Below are positions 28,430 to 38,225 of a stretch of DNA of 64,000 nt, one piece after another. The notes under the pieces are model-generated. The model made no database searches. It was not told where the DNA came from and saw only the letters and a program-made list of their open reading frames with translations. Positions within the stretch are counted from its first letter, which is position 1, and every line of letters starts with the position of its first letter. A program made the position numbers and the translations under genes. The DNA is from an uncultured virus (IMG/VR IMGVR_UViG_3300016659_000217). Taxonomy: Duplodnaviria; Heunggongvirae; Uroviricota; Caudoviricetes. Location of the stretch: the IMG/VR virus record IMGVR_UViG_3300016659_000217, one strand, 5' to 3'.

Positions 28430-28489
28430 CGCAAATCCTTAACTCTAAAAGTTAACTTTTAGCTAAAAAGAGAAATTTTTTTATACGTG

Positions 28490-28550
28490 AGATGGGGGGT
28501 GGTGTCCGAGGCAAATAGGTATGGAAGTGACGACCTCCCCCCTACCCACT
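28490..28550. other. Probable cos region
   Basis: G-run/C-run segment between HNH and terS, the usual position in HK97-like cos phages. Confidence 0.4.
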
Positions 28551-28560
28551 ACACTTTCAT

Positions 28561-28851
28561 TCACAGTCTGCTCTCTTTTAAACTTTTGTCTTTATGACAC
28601 GGCGGGCACAACGATTGCAGGTTCGATTCATCATCGGTGCCACCCTGTGCAACGTTAACAATATGGTCCAGTTCTAGTTGTGTAGTAACACGGCGGCAGT
28701 GCTGGCATGTCCAGTTATCCCGTAGATGGATCTTTTCTTTGAGTCTGCGCCATGGTCTACCACCACGTCCTGTTCCCCAGTTCTTTGGTGGTCTTGGCTG
28801 CTTAGGTGTGATGGCATCAAACCTGCTCTGCAATCGTTGTAACTTTGGCAT
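28561..28851 (-). CDS. HNH endonuclease (terminase-associated)
   Basis: RDNWTCQHC...LDHI...NLQSLCPPCH. Confidence 0.9.
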   Translation of the reverse strand: MPKLQRLQSRFDAITPKQPRPPKNWGTGRGGRPWRRLKEKIHLRDNWTCQHCRRVTTQLELDHIVNVAQGGTDDESNLQSLCPPCHKDKSLKESRL

Positions 28852-28853
28852 GG

Positions 28854-29030
28854 TTAATCATCCATATATCTAGGACTGTCTGACTCTTCCTGCTCCTCGA
28901 GCATTAACAACAATTCGTTATTCAGGTTCGTTTGTACTTGCAGCTGACTGATCAACTGATTGTTCTGCTTTACTACCTCAGTGAGTAAGGTGAGCAATTG
29001 CTTTGATGATGGGTTCTTTTGACTGCTCAT
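28854..29030 (-). CDS. Unannotated 58-aa coiled-coil protein (MSSQKNPSSKQLL...RYMDD)
   Basis: Open frame with AAGG RBS, ending 2 nt before the HNH start. Confidence 0.55.
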   Translation of the reverse strand: MSSQKNPSSKQLLTLLTEVVKQNNQLISQLQVQTNLNNELLLMLEEQEESDSPRYMDD

Positions 29031-29122
29031 ACATTACCTTTAGCTACTGTCGACGTTGATCATATGAGTTACAAAGCATGTCTTTTCTCCACACATTAAA
29101 AAACCACCCGAAGGTGGTTTGT

Positions 29123-29215
29123 TCAAAACAACATTGACATCTGACCAAACTCATAAATGATTAATGTAAGGACAAAAGCCGAAACCGAGATTACAAGCAC
29201 ATCTTGCGAAGCCAT
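29123..29215 (-). CDS. Unannotated 30-aa hydrophobic peptide MASQDVLVISVSAFVLTLIIYEFGQMSMLF
   Basis: RBS AAGGGAG; terminator AAACCACC-TTCG-GGTGGTTTTT immediately downstream. Confidence 0.5.
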   Translation of the reverse strand: MASQDVLVISVSAFVLTLIIYEFGQMSMLF

Positions 29216-29433
29216 ACTTATCTCCCTTTATTGTTCTTTTTCTATACTCTCACAACTAGAAATATTTTCAACACTAAAAGAATACATTTCTCACAATTTA
29301 CAGGGATAGACATGTAAAGAATTATAATAGACAGCACACTCATAAAATTGATTTATAGTCATATTTTCAAATATGAAAATTTATATTCAGATACTCGGGA
29401 AACTCAATTATCGCCATTAAAAAATAGTCGAGA

Positions 29434-29682
29434 TCATTTAAGAGCGTTATAGTAATTACGCCAATCTTTTTTTAATTTAATTAACTGTCGTTGAGTGAGT
29501 TTCCCTAGACCATACAATATATAAATTGTTTGACCTTCGAAGATCGAATGCTGAAGACTAAAAGTTCCTTTTTTGGATTCAAATGTATGATCAGGAGCAT
29601 AACAATTTGGAAATGAAGTTTGCGTGAATTTAAATTTGTTAAATTCATCTAACTCAGCAGTAAATGAGATTAACTTTTGCAT
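29434..29682 (-). CDS. Hypothetical protein
   Basis: 82-aa ORF with GGAG RBS. Confidence 0.5.
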   Translation of the reverse strand: MQKLISFTAELDEFNKFKFTQTSFPNCYAPDHTFESKKGTFSLQHSIFEGQTIYILYGLGKLTQRQLIKLKKDWRNYYNALK

Positions 29683-30043
29683 AAACTGTACTCCACAGAT
29701 ATTTTTTATAACTTTTAGCGAAGTTAAATCCGATTCATCTAAAAAGACTTTGAAATTTATTATAGAAAGAGAATCATTAAATTCCCTTTTGACCTCTACA
29801 TTATTTCAATACTATTAATTTTCAGTTAGCATAATCTTCTAGTCATTAGGACTTCATGTTGTCCAACGCCGTTCCAGAAAAACGATTCTAGTCTTATGTG
29901 GATGAGAAAAAACCGTATAAAAGTTAATTAAAATATCTATTTAGTAAATATTGTAATTCATGGTTACACAAAAAGTTATATGCTTATCAAAACTAAATCT
30001 TTATGTGTTCCATTCCTTAGAAATAAAATTCACCTGATCAATG

Positions 30044-30163
30044 TCAAGTTCTTTTAATTCCTTTTAAGCACTCTCGACAGACTAAGATTTCATCACCATC
30101 AATCGTATAATCGATTTCAGGCGTGCCGTGAAAACCAATTAAACATCTCAATAATTTGATCAT
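30044..30163 (-). CDS. Unannotated 39-aa C-H-C-C microprotein MIKLLRCLIGFHGTPEIDYTIDGDEILVCRECLKGIKRT
   Basis: Paralogous to 30804-30920. Confidence 0.6.
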   Translation of the reverse strand: MIKLLRCLIGFHGTPEIDYTIDGDEILVCRECLKGIKRT

Positions 30164-30340
30164 GACTTTTCTCTATTAAAAAAAAACCTCCTTAGCATAG
30201 GAGGTTGACTACAGCTTATAGTCCAGATGTGTAGTATATAGACAATTACACAAATTCAATTTGCGGAATATTACATTAAATTACTATATTTTGTGTTTTT
30301 CATCACAAAATACAAAGAGAAATAGTCTTAATAATTAAAA

Positions 30341-30568
30341 TTAAAGTCCTTTCAGTTCAGCTCTAAATTTAGTCCGACCCTTTTCATTAACTATCGTAAT
30401 TTCAACATTGGAATCTTTGAAATGGCCTTTAATATATTCCAAAGCTCCAACCTCCAAATATCTTGTTTGTACTTCAAAGTTAAATGGGTTACTGACTTCA
30501 AAAATACCTACCTTTATTTGTTGCTCTAAATATATAGCCTTAACACACATAGGTGTTGATACTCCCAT
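30341..30568 (-). CDS. Hypothetical protein
   Basis: 75-aa ORF with GAGG RBS. Confidence 0.5.
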   Translation of the reverse strand: MGVSTPMCVKAIYLEQQIKVGIFEVSNPFNFEVQTRYLEVGALEYIKGHFKDSNVEITIVNEKGRTKFRAELKGL

Positions 30569-30803
30569 AAGTTAAGCCTCACGTTAATGGTCAGACCAAC
30601 TTTAACATATGAGAATTTTTAATTCATGCACACCTTAAATACTAATTCTTAATCAAAGGTGGCTATTTATTTAGCTAAATGGATTAATTGAACATTATTT
30701 AGGCACCAATACTATTACGAATAAAGTTAATCCACCATTAAAAACCCCGCCAATAATGCTTATTGAGCGGGGTTTCATTTGTCATAAGACGTTCATCATC
30801 TAT

Positions 30804-30920
30804 TTACTTAATATCTTTTACTTTAAGGCAATTTCGGCAAACCTCTAACTCACCATCTTTACAATGATGAATTTCCACTACGCCATGTAGTCCGAATAAG
30901 CATTTCAATAATTGAAACAT
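30804..30920 (-). CDS. Unannotated 38-aa C-H-C-C microprotein MFQLLKCLFGLHGVVEIHHCKDGELEVCRNCLKVKDIK
   Basis: Paralogous to 30044-30163. Confidence 0.6.
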   Translation of the reverse strand: MFQLLKCLFGLHGVVEIHHCKDGELEVCRNCLKVKDIK

Positions 30921-31436
30921 TCAATATCACTCTCAGTTAATATCCATGTGCATCGAATATTTAGGGAAAAAAAACCTGCACCTTGGGGAAGGTGCAGGCA
31001 GAAAACTGATATTAACTATTCATGGAGAAGCTAATACCGAGCATTCTAGTCGGATTTATGTGAATTGTCTTGTAACTATTGGTAACACTATGTAAGTTTA
31101 GATTAATACAAAATTTAAAATCCCACATTGTTTATTTCTAAGCATACCAATAGTTAAATTAATATCTTTAGAATATATTCAACCGTAAATTCTGAATCAT
31201 ATTGGTCTTTATAATTTTAAATAACTCTCCAAACATACGCTGATATTCTTCAGCTATATCAATGGCTTACTCTATCCTTTATGTCACATGGGTAACAATG
31301 AGTAAAAGTCTTTCATTTTCATTTATTGAGCATTAAAAAAGCCCATCAAATGATGAGCTTAATTTTCTTAAATGACGTTTAAGTACAAAATTCGTCAAGT
31401 TATCACGAATATGCCATATCCTGTGTACACACGCAA

Positions 31437-31913
31437 TTACTTTTGAAGTAAATCTGATTTTAAATTTGGATATCTACCTGTTATAAATGCTAAAGCACAT
31501 TTCATATCTTGGCGTATTTGAATAGTTGATGTTTCATACATCTCAGCAACTTCACGCAATTTCTTATTCTCTACACAAATCTGCCAAACAGCATCCATCC
31601 ATTCTTGCAATGGTTCACTATCAATTTGACGGATATCCAAGACAATGCGCTGAAATGCACGTGCTTCATTATCTGTGATTTGACACACCACACCTTTTCT
31701 TAAGCGTTGCTCTCGAAAGCCTTCATCACTCATATATTTAGCAATAAGCTCTTCACGCTGATGTTGAGTGAGCTTACGTGTTGGTAGTGATTTATACACC
31801 AACTTCTTTGTCTCAGTATCGCCATTCATCCACGCACCAAATTGACGAAACCAGTCCTCAGTACTGAACTTACTCCAATCCATCGCTTGCATAATCGTTA
31901 CTGCTGCACTCAT
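31437..31913 (-). CDS. Late-gene antiterminator Q-like protein
   Basis: Last gene of the early operon; EDWFRQFGAW...ITDNEAR, C-terminal HTH; start placed at ATG 31913. Confidence 0.65.
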   Translation of the reverse strand: MSAAVTIMQAMDWSKFSTEDWFRQFGAWMNGDTETKKLVYKSLPTRKLTQHQREELIAKYMSDEGFREQRLRKGVVCQITDNEARAFQRIVLDIRQIDSEPLQEWMDAVWQICVENKKLREVAEMYETSTIQIRQDMKCALAFITGRYPNLKSDLLQK

Positions 31914-31923
31914 CCTCTTTCCC

Positions 31924-32355
31924 TCAAAACTTCGCAATTCGCTGAAACACCAACATGGCTGCATCGCGTGCATGTTCATTGGTACGGCCTTTCCAACCTG
32001 TCATACGGAAAAAGTCGGTGGCTTTCTTTTTAGTGGCATTGGCTGCGGGATGAATCATCTTGTAGAGATAGCCTTGTTCCTTACACCAGTCTTCCCATAT
32101 TTGGGCATCACGTTTGACCGATCCAACACCCTGAGCCTTTTCACGGCCACCCGTAAACCAAGTTCGTTGTCGAGCATCTTCAATATACAAACAGACGTTT
32201 TGCGCACCCCATGTTTGTACTGAGTCTTTCACTTTGCTCATGGCTTGAGTGATTGATAAACTCTCGACCTGTTCTAACTCTCCACCCTTGCCACGGTCTG
32301 CTGCAACAGCAAAACCTGTCTTCACCCCTGTATCAATTCCAATCATGATTTTCAT
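31924..32355 (-). CDS. RuvC-fold Holliday junction resolvase-like protein
   Basis: IGIDTGVKTGFA...YIED...EHARDA; start placed at ATG 32355. Confidence 0.7.
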   Translation of the reverse strand: MKIMIGIDTGVKTGFAVAADRGKGGELEQVESLSITQAMSKVKDSVQTWGAQNVCLYIEDARQRTWFTGGREKAQGVGSVKRDAQIWEDWCKEQGYLYKMIHPAANATKKKATDFFRMTGWKGRTNEHARDAAMLVFQRIAKF

Positions 32356-32519
32356 GCGTACATCGTCCCCAATTCGTTTTTGTTGTTCATAAATATTGCG
32401 TTGACTCCACCGACATATCCGCACCATCCAAAGCGTTCTTTCCAGTAATACCAACGTCCGTTGATGCATTTCCAAAATGTTCCATCGGTTTCGATGTGTG
32501 TTGCGCCGTGTGGAATCAT
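32352..32519 (-). CDS. Small phage protein (MIPHGATH...)
   Basis: ATGA overlaps on both sides. Confidence 0.55.
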   Translation of the reverse strand: MIPHGATHIETDGTFWKCINGRWYYWKERFGWCGYVGGVNAIFMNNKNELGTMYA

Positions 32520-33439
32520 GCTGCCCCCTGCAAACTGCCTGTGAAGCCAACTTGCTTGAGGTATGGTTCCCATTTCTTCGCTTGAGCTGGGTTCATGAGT
32601 TTGATGGCAATGCGTGATGCCAGTTGCTCGTAGGAATCACCCGGTGCGCTTTGCTTGCTCGCAAACTCTGGGTGATGCGCAAGTTTCTGTGCAAATGCCG
32701 AAATTTGTTTTTCAGTGAGCTGCTTCGGTTCTGCTGCAGGTGTTTTGCCGTATCCCATTTTGGTTTCTTGGGAATATTTGGTTCGGTATGCATGCAGCAA
32801 CCAATCGGCGAAGTAGAAATTCAGAAGTTCATCGCAAATGGTTTTGTCTTGGTTGTAAATCTCAAAGGCGCGTTTTTCTCGTTCCACCCATTTCGCTGTC
32901 ATGAGGGTTTCTGGTTCGATGCTGTCATCGGCCAAAGTAATTTCTTCACGAAGTTTTTTTGAGCAAAGCCAGTCTTTTTTATTTTTAGATTCTATTGGAA
33001 GATTCCTTGGGAGATTCTGTGTCCCAATTTCGGTACTGGTCTCGGTACCGTTTTTGGGACTGGTACTTGTTCCGTTTTCGGTACTAGTACCAATATTGGA
33101 ACCTGTACCTAAATTGGAACTAGTCCCGTTTTTACCACTAGTCCCCTTTTTGGTACTGGTTGGATGATCTTCTCGACCGACCACGCCCAGCAGTTGGTAG
33201 ACTTTTACGCCGTTACCAACGATCTTCCCTGTATATTTAATCAGGGCCTTATTCTCTAGGTCATCTAAAACTTTGATGATGGTTTTGCGGTTCATCTTGG
33301 TGTCTTTGACCATACGCATAATGCTTGGGTAGCATTTGTGGTCTTCCCCTGCGCGGTCTGCCAGTGAAAGCAATATGAGACGTTGTGTAGAACTGTCTAC
33401 TTCCGCTCTCCAAGCCCAAATCGTTGCATCTAAACTCAT
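32516..33439 (-). CDS. Phage replication initiator (HTH) with internal origin
   Basis: LILLSLADRA...CYPSI...MNRKTIIKVLDDLE; internal repeats; start placed at ATG 33439. Confidence 0.8.
   Translation of the reverse strand: MSLDATIWAWRAEVDSSTQRLILLSLADRAGEDHKCYPSIMRMVKDTKMNRKTIIKVLDDLENKALIKYTGKIVGNGVKVYQLLGVVGREDHPTSTKKGTSGKNGTSSNLGTGSNIGTSTENGTSTSPKNGTETSTEIGTQNLPRNLPIESKNKKDWLCSKKLREEITLADDSIEPETLMTAKWVEREKRAFEIYNQDKTICDELLNFYFADWLLHAYRTKYSQETKMGYGKTPAAEPKQLTEKQISAFAQKLAHHPEFASKQSAPGDSYEQLASRIAIKLMNPAQAKKWEPYLKQVGFTGSLQGAA
33020..33160 (-). repeat. 18-bp iterons (ACYAGT.CC.AAA..GG-type); phage origin of replication
   Basis: Encode TSTKKG-TSGKNG-TSSNLG-TGSNIG-TSTENG...TSPKNG...TSTEIG. Confidence 0.7.
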
Positions 33440-33450
33440 ATGGGTTACCT

Positions 33451-33900
33451 CTATTTGTCGTCTACGCACTGGTGTATTTGTGCATCCAGTTCGGCCAGTA
33501 TTTCGTGTAGTCGGTGAATGACCTTAGACATGTCTATGGCTTCTCCGCGTGTGATGCGTCCGTCTGCCATCATTTCTTTAAATAGCGTGTAGACGTTTCC
33601 GCCTTTCATCCCAAAGCTCAGTACTAAGTCTGTGAGTGCTGTATCTCTGCATTCGGGTATGTCAGGCAGGTTGATTGCGACTTTGCCGTGTTGGGCATTG
33701 AGGCTTTGCAGTATTCGGTAGTCGTTGGTCAGCGCCATCAGCTTGGATGCTTCTACTAGCGTCAAGTGATGGGTGTCTGTATTTGGATTGACTTTGCTAT
33801 TGAGCACGGCAGGACTTTTGATGCCCATACGGGGTGCGAGTGCGTTTGCTCCACCTTTGTAGTCGTGCACCGTGTGATAAGCAGCATCTAATATGTTCAT
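33451..33900 (-). CDS. CII-like regulatory protein
   Basis: LNSKVNPNTDTHHLTL; DGRITRGE; downstream of cro. Confidence 0.75.
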   Translation of the reverse strand: MNILDAAYHTVHDYKGGANALAPRMGIKSPAVLNSKVNPNTDTHHLTLVEASKLMALTNDYRILQSLNAQHGKVAINLPDIPECRDTALTDLVLSFGMKGGNVYTLFKEMMADGRITRGEAIDMSKVIHRLHEILAELDAQIHQCVDDK

Positions 33901-33924
33901 AACGGCTTCCTTTGAACGTGTTTA

Positions 33925-34170
33925 TTAGATGGGCGCTTTATTACTATTTTTAGTAGAACGAACAAATGCCCAATTGATGTCAGGTCTTAACTGCTCTGCT
34001 TTAACTTCTTTTTGAGTTATTTCTTCAATAGACAAGCATCTTTCTTCAGGAATTTTATCGAAATTCCATTTACTTAAAGCCCACGGCGTAATTCCTAAAC
34101 CACGGGCTAATGCAGCTTTACTACCCGCTATTTTTATTGCTTTTTCGAAAGCATCCTTTGGAGATAACAT
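33925..34170 (-). CDS. cro: Cro/YdaS-like repressor
   Basis: GSKAALARGLGITPWALSKW...EQLRPDINW. Confidence 0.85.
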   Translation of the reverse strand: MLSPKDAFEKAIKIAGSKAALARGLGITPWALSKWNFDKIPEERCLSIEEITQKEVKAEQLRPDINWAFVRSTKNSNKAPI

Positions 34171-34186
34171 AATGCAACCATCAACA

Positions 34187-34268
34187 CTACTAAAAGTAGA
34201 AGATAATATACTACCTAAAATAGAATTGGTGCAACTAAAAATACGAGGTAAACTTCTACCATTGGTAG
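34187..34268. promoter_or_regulatory. OR-like operators CTAC-N5-GTAG
   Basis: 34187-34199 and 34256-34268 perfect, 34211-34223 one mismatch, between divergent cro and cI. Confidence 0.7.
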
Positions 34269-34288
34269 AAAATGGAAAGAAACCAAAA

Positions 34289-34951
34289 TTGCAAACAGCT
34301 AAATATCAAGAATTTGCATCTAGGCTTAAAGGTCTTATGGATAAAGACGGCTCCCCTATTAAAACTGTAAATCAGTTGAAAGATGCCATCGAAGTCACTT
34401 ATGAAATGGCTCGTAGATATACGCTAGGTATTGCAAAGCCACGCGAAGAAAAAATGCAAATCTTGGCTGAAAAATTTGATGTCGATATTAGTTATTTAGA
34501 TCACGGAACTGGATCTGAGCCAAACGTGTCTACACCTTTTCCTATTGCGGGGCGTTTAGTTCCTGTCATTTCATGGGTACAAGCGGGTGCTTGGACTACT
34601 GTTGAAGCTGTGCCGGCGGGTACACAGTTTGAAGAGTGGTTACCACCTAATCCTAAATGTGGAAAACATGGTTATGGCTTGGAAGTAGTTGGTGAATCCA
34701 TGCTTCCTGACTTCCGCCCTGGCGACAAAATTTATGTAAATCCTGACTTTCAAACAAATGATTTAAAAACAGGTGATTTGGTTATCGTTGCTTGCGATGG
34801 TGAAACAGAAGCGACCTTCAAGAAATTGATAGTAGAAAGCAACGGTATGTATTTAGAACCCTTAAACCCAAAATGGCTAGGAAAAATCATGGAGCTTCGA
34901 GAAGGATGCAAATTGGTTGGAAAAGTTGTTGGGTTATATAGGGATGTATAA
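34289..34951 (+). CDS. cI: CI repressor, HTH + S24 peptidase
   Basis: VPVISWVQAG cleavage site, GESM Ser, ATFKKL Lys; start placed at TTG 34289 after GGAAAG. Confidence 0.9.
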   Translation: MQTAKYQEFASRLKGLMDKDGSPIKTVNQLKDAIEVTYEMARRYTLGIAKPREEKMQILAEKFDVDISYLDHGTGSEPNVSTPFPIAGRLVPVISWVQAGAWTTVEAVPAGTQFEEWLPPNPKCGKHGYGLEVVGESMLPDFRPGDKIYVNPDFQTNDLKTGDLVIVACDGETEATFKKLIVESNGMYLEPLNPKWLGKIMELREGCKLVGKVVGLYRDV

Positions 34952-34966
34952 GTTTCTACAGAATTA

Positions 34967-36160
34967 TTGGTTTATAAAATGTCTAATGAAGAATTAAATT
35001 TAACAAAGCTAGTTGATACTTTAGAAGATGAAAAAACTGGTGCTCATGCTCGTAAAGGCTTTGCATACCAAGATTGGTGGGCCGCTCATAAGTCATTTGA
35101 ACTACTGAGTAAGACTAATAGTAAGGATTTTGCTATTGGTGTTGAAATTAAAGAAGATGTCATTGTGATTGATTCATTAGAAAACCCATCTCAATTTGAA
35201 TTTTATCAAATTAAAAAAAAGGAACCCAGTAATTGGTCTATTGCAGGTTTATTAAAGGCTGAAAAAAAAGTATCAGCACCTGAGAAATCTACTCTTTCAA
35301 AGCTTTACTCGCGATATATTGATTTCAAAACTGATGCAACAAATTTATATTTTGTATCTAATGCTCAATTGCAAATAGAAGTGCAAGATAAAAATGGAAA
35401 GAAAAAGTTTTTTTTACATAATTCTAATTTTGCTTCAGATGTCGATATAACAAACCTTTCAAAAATTGAGAAAAAAATTAAAACAGAATTAAAGTTAGAA
35501 AATAATGAACCTATTAAATTTGACCGTTTAAACTTTCAAAGATCAGATATCAGTGCTTTATCTCCTGACATGTCTGTTATTGGAGCAGTCACAGGCTTAA
35601 ATGAGGAAAATAGGTTTCCTTTTAGATTAAATAATATTTCTTCTACATGTAGATTATTAGCCTCAAAATTCCAAAACTTAGGAATGAATACAGATTTTGC
35701 AAGCAATATTTCACAACTTCAAAAAAGATGTTTAACCAAAATAGAATTATTAGAATTTTTAAAAACTCTTAATGAAAATTTTCACTCTCCAGAAGACTAT
35801 TTAAAAGAAGGCATAAAACAATTACAATCTGAAAGTTATCCTTTTCCTAGATTAGAACTACTAAAAGATGAATCTAAACAGTTATTAGTCCATATTACAG
35901 ATAGAACAAAATTAGAAATTCAAAATTTATTCAACCAAGCAAATTTACTGTATATCACTAATAAAAATTTATATTACAATCTAAATTCACTTACTGAAAT
36001 GATAAATGCTTTTTCTCAAGACTTAACTTCAGTCAAGAATGATATAAACTTCGATATAAACTATCTAAAATGTATCACCTTACTCTTCATTATGTCTAAA
36101 GGAGAAATATACAATGAAAGATATTTCAACATACCAACTACTCAGACTGATTCGAAATAA
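34967..36160 (+). CDS. lmuA: Lamassu LmuA-like effector, DUF4297/Cap4-type nuclease
   Basis: GAHARKGFAYQ...EDV...FYQIKKK...WSI PD-(D/E)xK-type motif. Confidence 0.75.
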   Translation: MVYKMSNEELNLTKLVDTLEDEKTGAHARKGFAYQDWWAAHKSFELLSKTNSKDFAIGVEIKEDVIVIDSLENPSQFEFYQIKKKEPSNWSIAGLLKAEKKVSAPEKSTLSKLYSRYIDFKTDATNLYFVSNAQLQIEVQDKNGKKKFFLHNSNFASDVDITNLSKIEKKIKTELKLENNEPIKFDRLNFQRSDISALSPDMSVIGAVTGLNEENRFPFRLNNISSTCRLLASKFQNLGMNTDFASNISQLQKRCLTKIELLEFLKTLNENFHSPEDYLKEGIKQLQSESYPFPRLELLKDESKQLLVHITDRTKLEIQNLFNQANLLYITNKNLYYNLNSLTEMINAFSQDLTSVKNDINFDINYLKCITLLFIMSKGEIYNERYFNIPTTQTDSK

Positions 36161-36174
36161 ACGTAAAGGCTTAA

Positions 36175-37875
36175 ATGATGAAAAAGAAAGTCACTTTTTT
36201 AGAACTCAACTTACTATCAAAGAAAGAACAGAAAGCTCTTCAAGTGAATCTAGATTATCAAAAAATAATTCTATACGGGAAAAATAATACAGGAAAGTCG
36301 GTAATAATCCGCCACATATTTTGGTGTATGGGCTTAAACCCTGTTAATACATTTTCAGATAAATGGGATCACAATATTACGGGGATGCTTAAAGTAAATT
36401 TCGATAGAACTGAATATTGTTTTTACAGAAATAAGGATGATAGATATTTATTTCAAGGTAAAAATTTACTATATAGCTCTAATAAAAATAGTGAATGGAA
36501 TTCAATATTAAGTATTTTTTTTGATTACCCATTAAAGTTACAACTAAAACAAAATTTGGTTGAAAGTCATGTTGGTTTAGAAAGTTTGTTAGTTCCATAT
36601 TTTATAGAACAAGATACAGGCTGGGGGCTTAATTGGAGTGGTCCTTTTACTAGTTTACTACGATTTAAAGATTTTTATAAAGAAACATTATCAAACTTTA
36701 CAGGTTATAATTCTATTGAATCTATTTCTATCAAGCAACAAATAGGATCATTAAAATCAGACCTCACAAAACTAAGCTCAGAACTTAAAATATATGAAGA
36801 ATCATTTAACAAAATAAAAATAGAAACTACATATATTCAACCTCGAATAGATAAAAACCAATTTCGAAAGGAAATAAAACAATCAAGCAATGAGCTAAAG
36901 TCATTAATTATAAAGCAAAAAAATCTTAAAAACAGCTTATCAGATTTAATTCAGAAAAAATTTAAACTTAAATCAATTTTAAAATCAAGTATAAGATCTT
37001 TTAATGAAATTGCTCTTGATATTAACTTTTTAGAAGAAAATATTGAAATTGAATGTCCTACTTGTGGAACATTGCACAAGAAAACATTGGAAGCATCAGC
37101 ATCATTAGAGTTTGACTACACTAGTCTAGACAACAATATTCAACAATTGAAATCTGAAATATTAGAAATAAACAGAAAAATTATCCCTCTTAATTCAAGT
37201 TTAGCTGCTATTGAAAATGAAATAGACAATTTCAATAGAACTTTACAAACTTCTAAAAACAATGTTTCCTTTCAAGATATTATTGATATAGAAGCAAATA
37301 AAAAAATCTCAAAGTCATTCGAAAAAAATACGAAAAGAACAAATACAGATATTAAAGTTTTGCAAAATAAAATTGATTTAGCAGAAAAACAAGTAAAAGG
37401 CTTAGAATCAAAAGAAGTTAAGAAAGAAATTAAAGAACTTTTTGCAACTAAATTGAAATATAACTTCAATCAATTAAATATTCCATTCAATGGCAAAATA
37501 AGTCAGATACATACTAGACCTAATATAGGTGGTGGCAGCTCAAATCCACGCGCTATTCTAGCTCTTCACATGTCATACCTCGAACTAAGTTTAAATAAGA
37601 CTAAGCTACCATTATTCCCTTTTGTTATTGATACACCACAACAGAATGGACAGGATATGAACAATTTATCAAATACATTCAGCCACTTAGAAGATATTAA
37701 CTTTACACAACTTATTGTTGGTTCCGAGATACTCCCAAGTCAAACAAATTTAAAAAATTATAAAATTTTAGAATTCGAGAATGAGTATTCTGTACTAAGT
37801 GCAGAAGAATATTCTGATGTTTCAAAATTACTCAATCAATTTGATGTGATTCTGAACAAACATTTAGAGGCTTAA
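36175..37875 (+). CDS. lmuB: Lamassu LmuB-like SMC/Rad50 ABC ATPase
   Basis: Walker A GKNNTGKS, coiled coils with central CPTC zinc hook, GGGSS signature, Walker B FVIDTP. Confidence 0.8.
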   Translation: MMKKKVTFLELNLLSKKEQKALQVNLDYQKIILYGKNNTGKSVIIRHIFWCMGLNPVNTFSDKWDHNITGMLKVNFDRTEYCFYRNKDDRYLFQGKNLLYSSNKNSEWNSILSIFFDYPLKLQLKQNLVESHVGLESLLVPYFIEQDTGWGLNWSGPFTSLLRFKDFYKETLSNFTGYNSIESISIKQQIGSLKSDLTKLSSELKIYEESFNKIKIETTYIQPRIDKNQFRKEIKQSSNELKSLIIKQKNLKNSLSDLIQKKFKLKSILKSSIRSFNEIALDINFLEENIEIECPTCGTLHKKTLEASASLEFDYTSLDNNIQQLKSEILEINRKIIPLNSSLAAIENEIDNFNRTLQTSKNNVSFQDIIDIEANKKISKSFEKNTKRTNTDIKVLQNKIDLAEKQVKGLESKEVKKEIKELFATKLKYNFNQLNIPFNGKISQIHTRPNIGGGSSNPRAILALHMSYLELSLNKTKLPLFPFVIDTPQQNGQDMNNLSNTFSHLEDINFTQLIVGSEILPSQTNLKNYKILEFENEYSVLSAEEYSDVSKLLNQFDVILNKHLEA

Positions 37876-37910
37876 ATCTACTGTTTAGTATAATTTAGAA
37901 ACAGAAATAG

Positions 37911-37965
37911 CTACTTTATGTTGTAAAAAAACAACTATTGACATTATTTCTACTTAAAGTAGTAT
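37911..37965 (+). promoter_or_regulatory. OL-like operators and PL-like promoter
   Basis: CTACTTTATGTTG 37911-37923, CTACTTAAAGTAG 37950-37962; TTGACA 37938-37943 with TAGTAT ~37960. Confidence 0.7.
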
Positions 37966-38039
37966 TTATCTCACTATATATAAAAAAGCACCCCTGCCTT
38001 CGAACTCATGGGTGCTTTGCAACTAAATGCGAGATAAGT

Positions 38040-38225
38040 ATGAAACAAAAGCCTATATCTAGTCAAACGACACCTATCCTTTTCCAACACCCTACTACAG
38101 TAGAACTACGCCCTGCAGTGCGCTCAATCATTTGGGCGAACCTACGTGACTTTGCCCTTTTCCTTAGCCTCGCTTTCATATGCTGGTTAGTCATTACTGC
38201 AATTTTAATGTTAGTTGGAGGGTAA
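38040..38225 (+). CDS. Small early protein with C-terminal TM helix
   Basis: ATG 38040 after GAGA; hydrophobic C-terminus. Confidence 0.55.
   Translation: MKQKPISSQTTPILFQHPTTVELRPAVRSIIWANLRDFALFLSLAFICWLVITAILMLVGG

Noticed and set aside
34172..34288. N-terminal extension of cI as given in the ORF track
   Set aside because: Overlaps the operator/promoter region; a downstream TTG with RBS is more plausible. Similar trimming was applied to ant, protease, Q, RuvC-like, holin and tape measure.
36160..36175. lmuC gene
   Set aside because: Only 14 nt separate the two Lamassu genes and no suitable ORF is adjacent.
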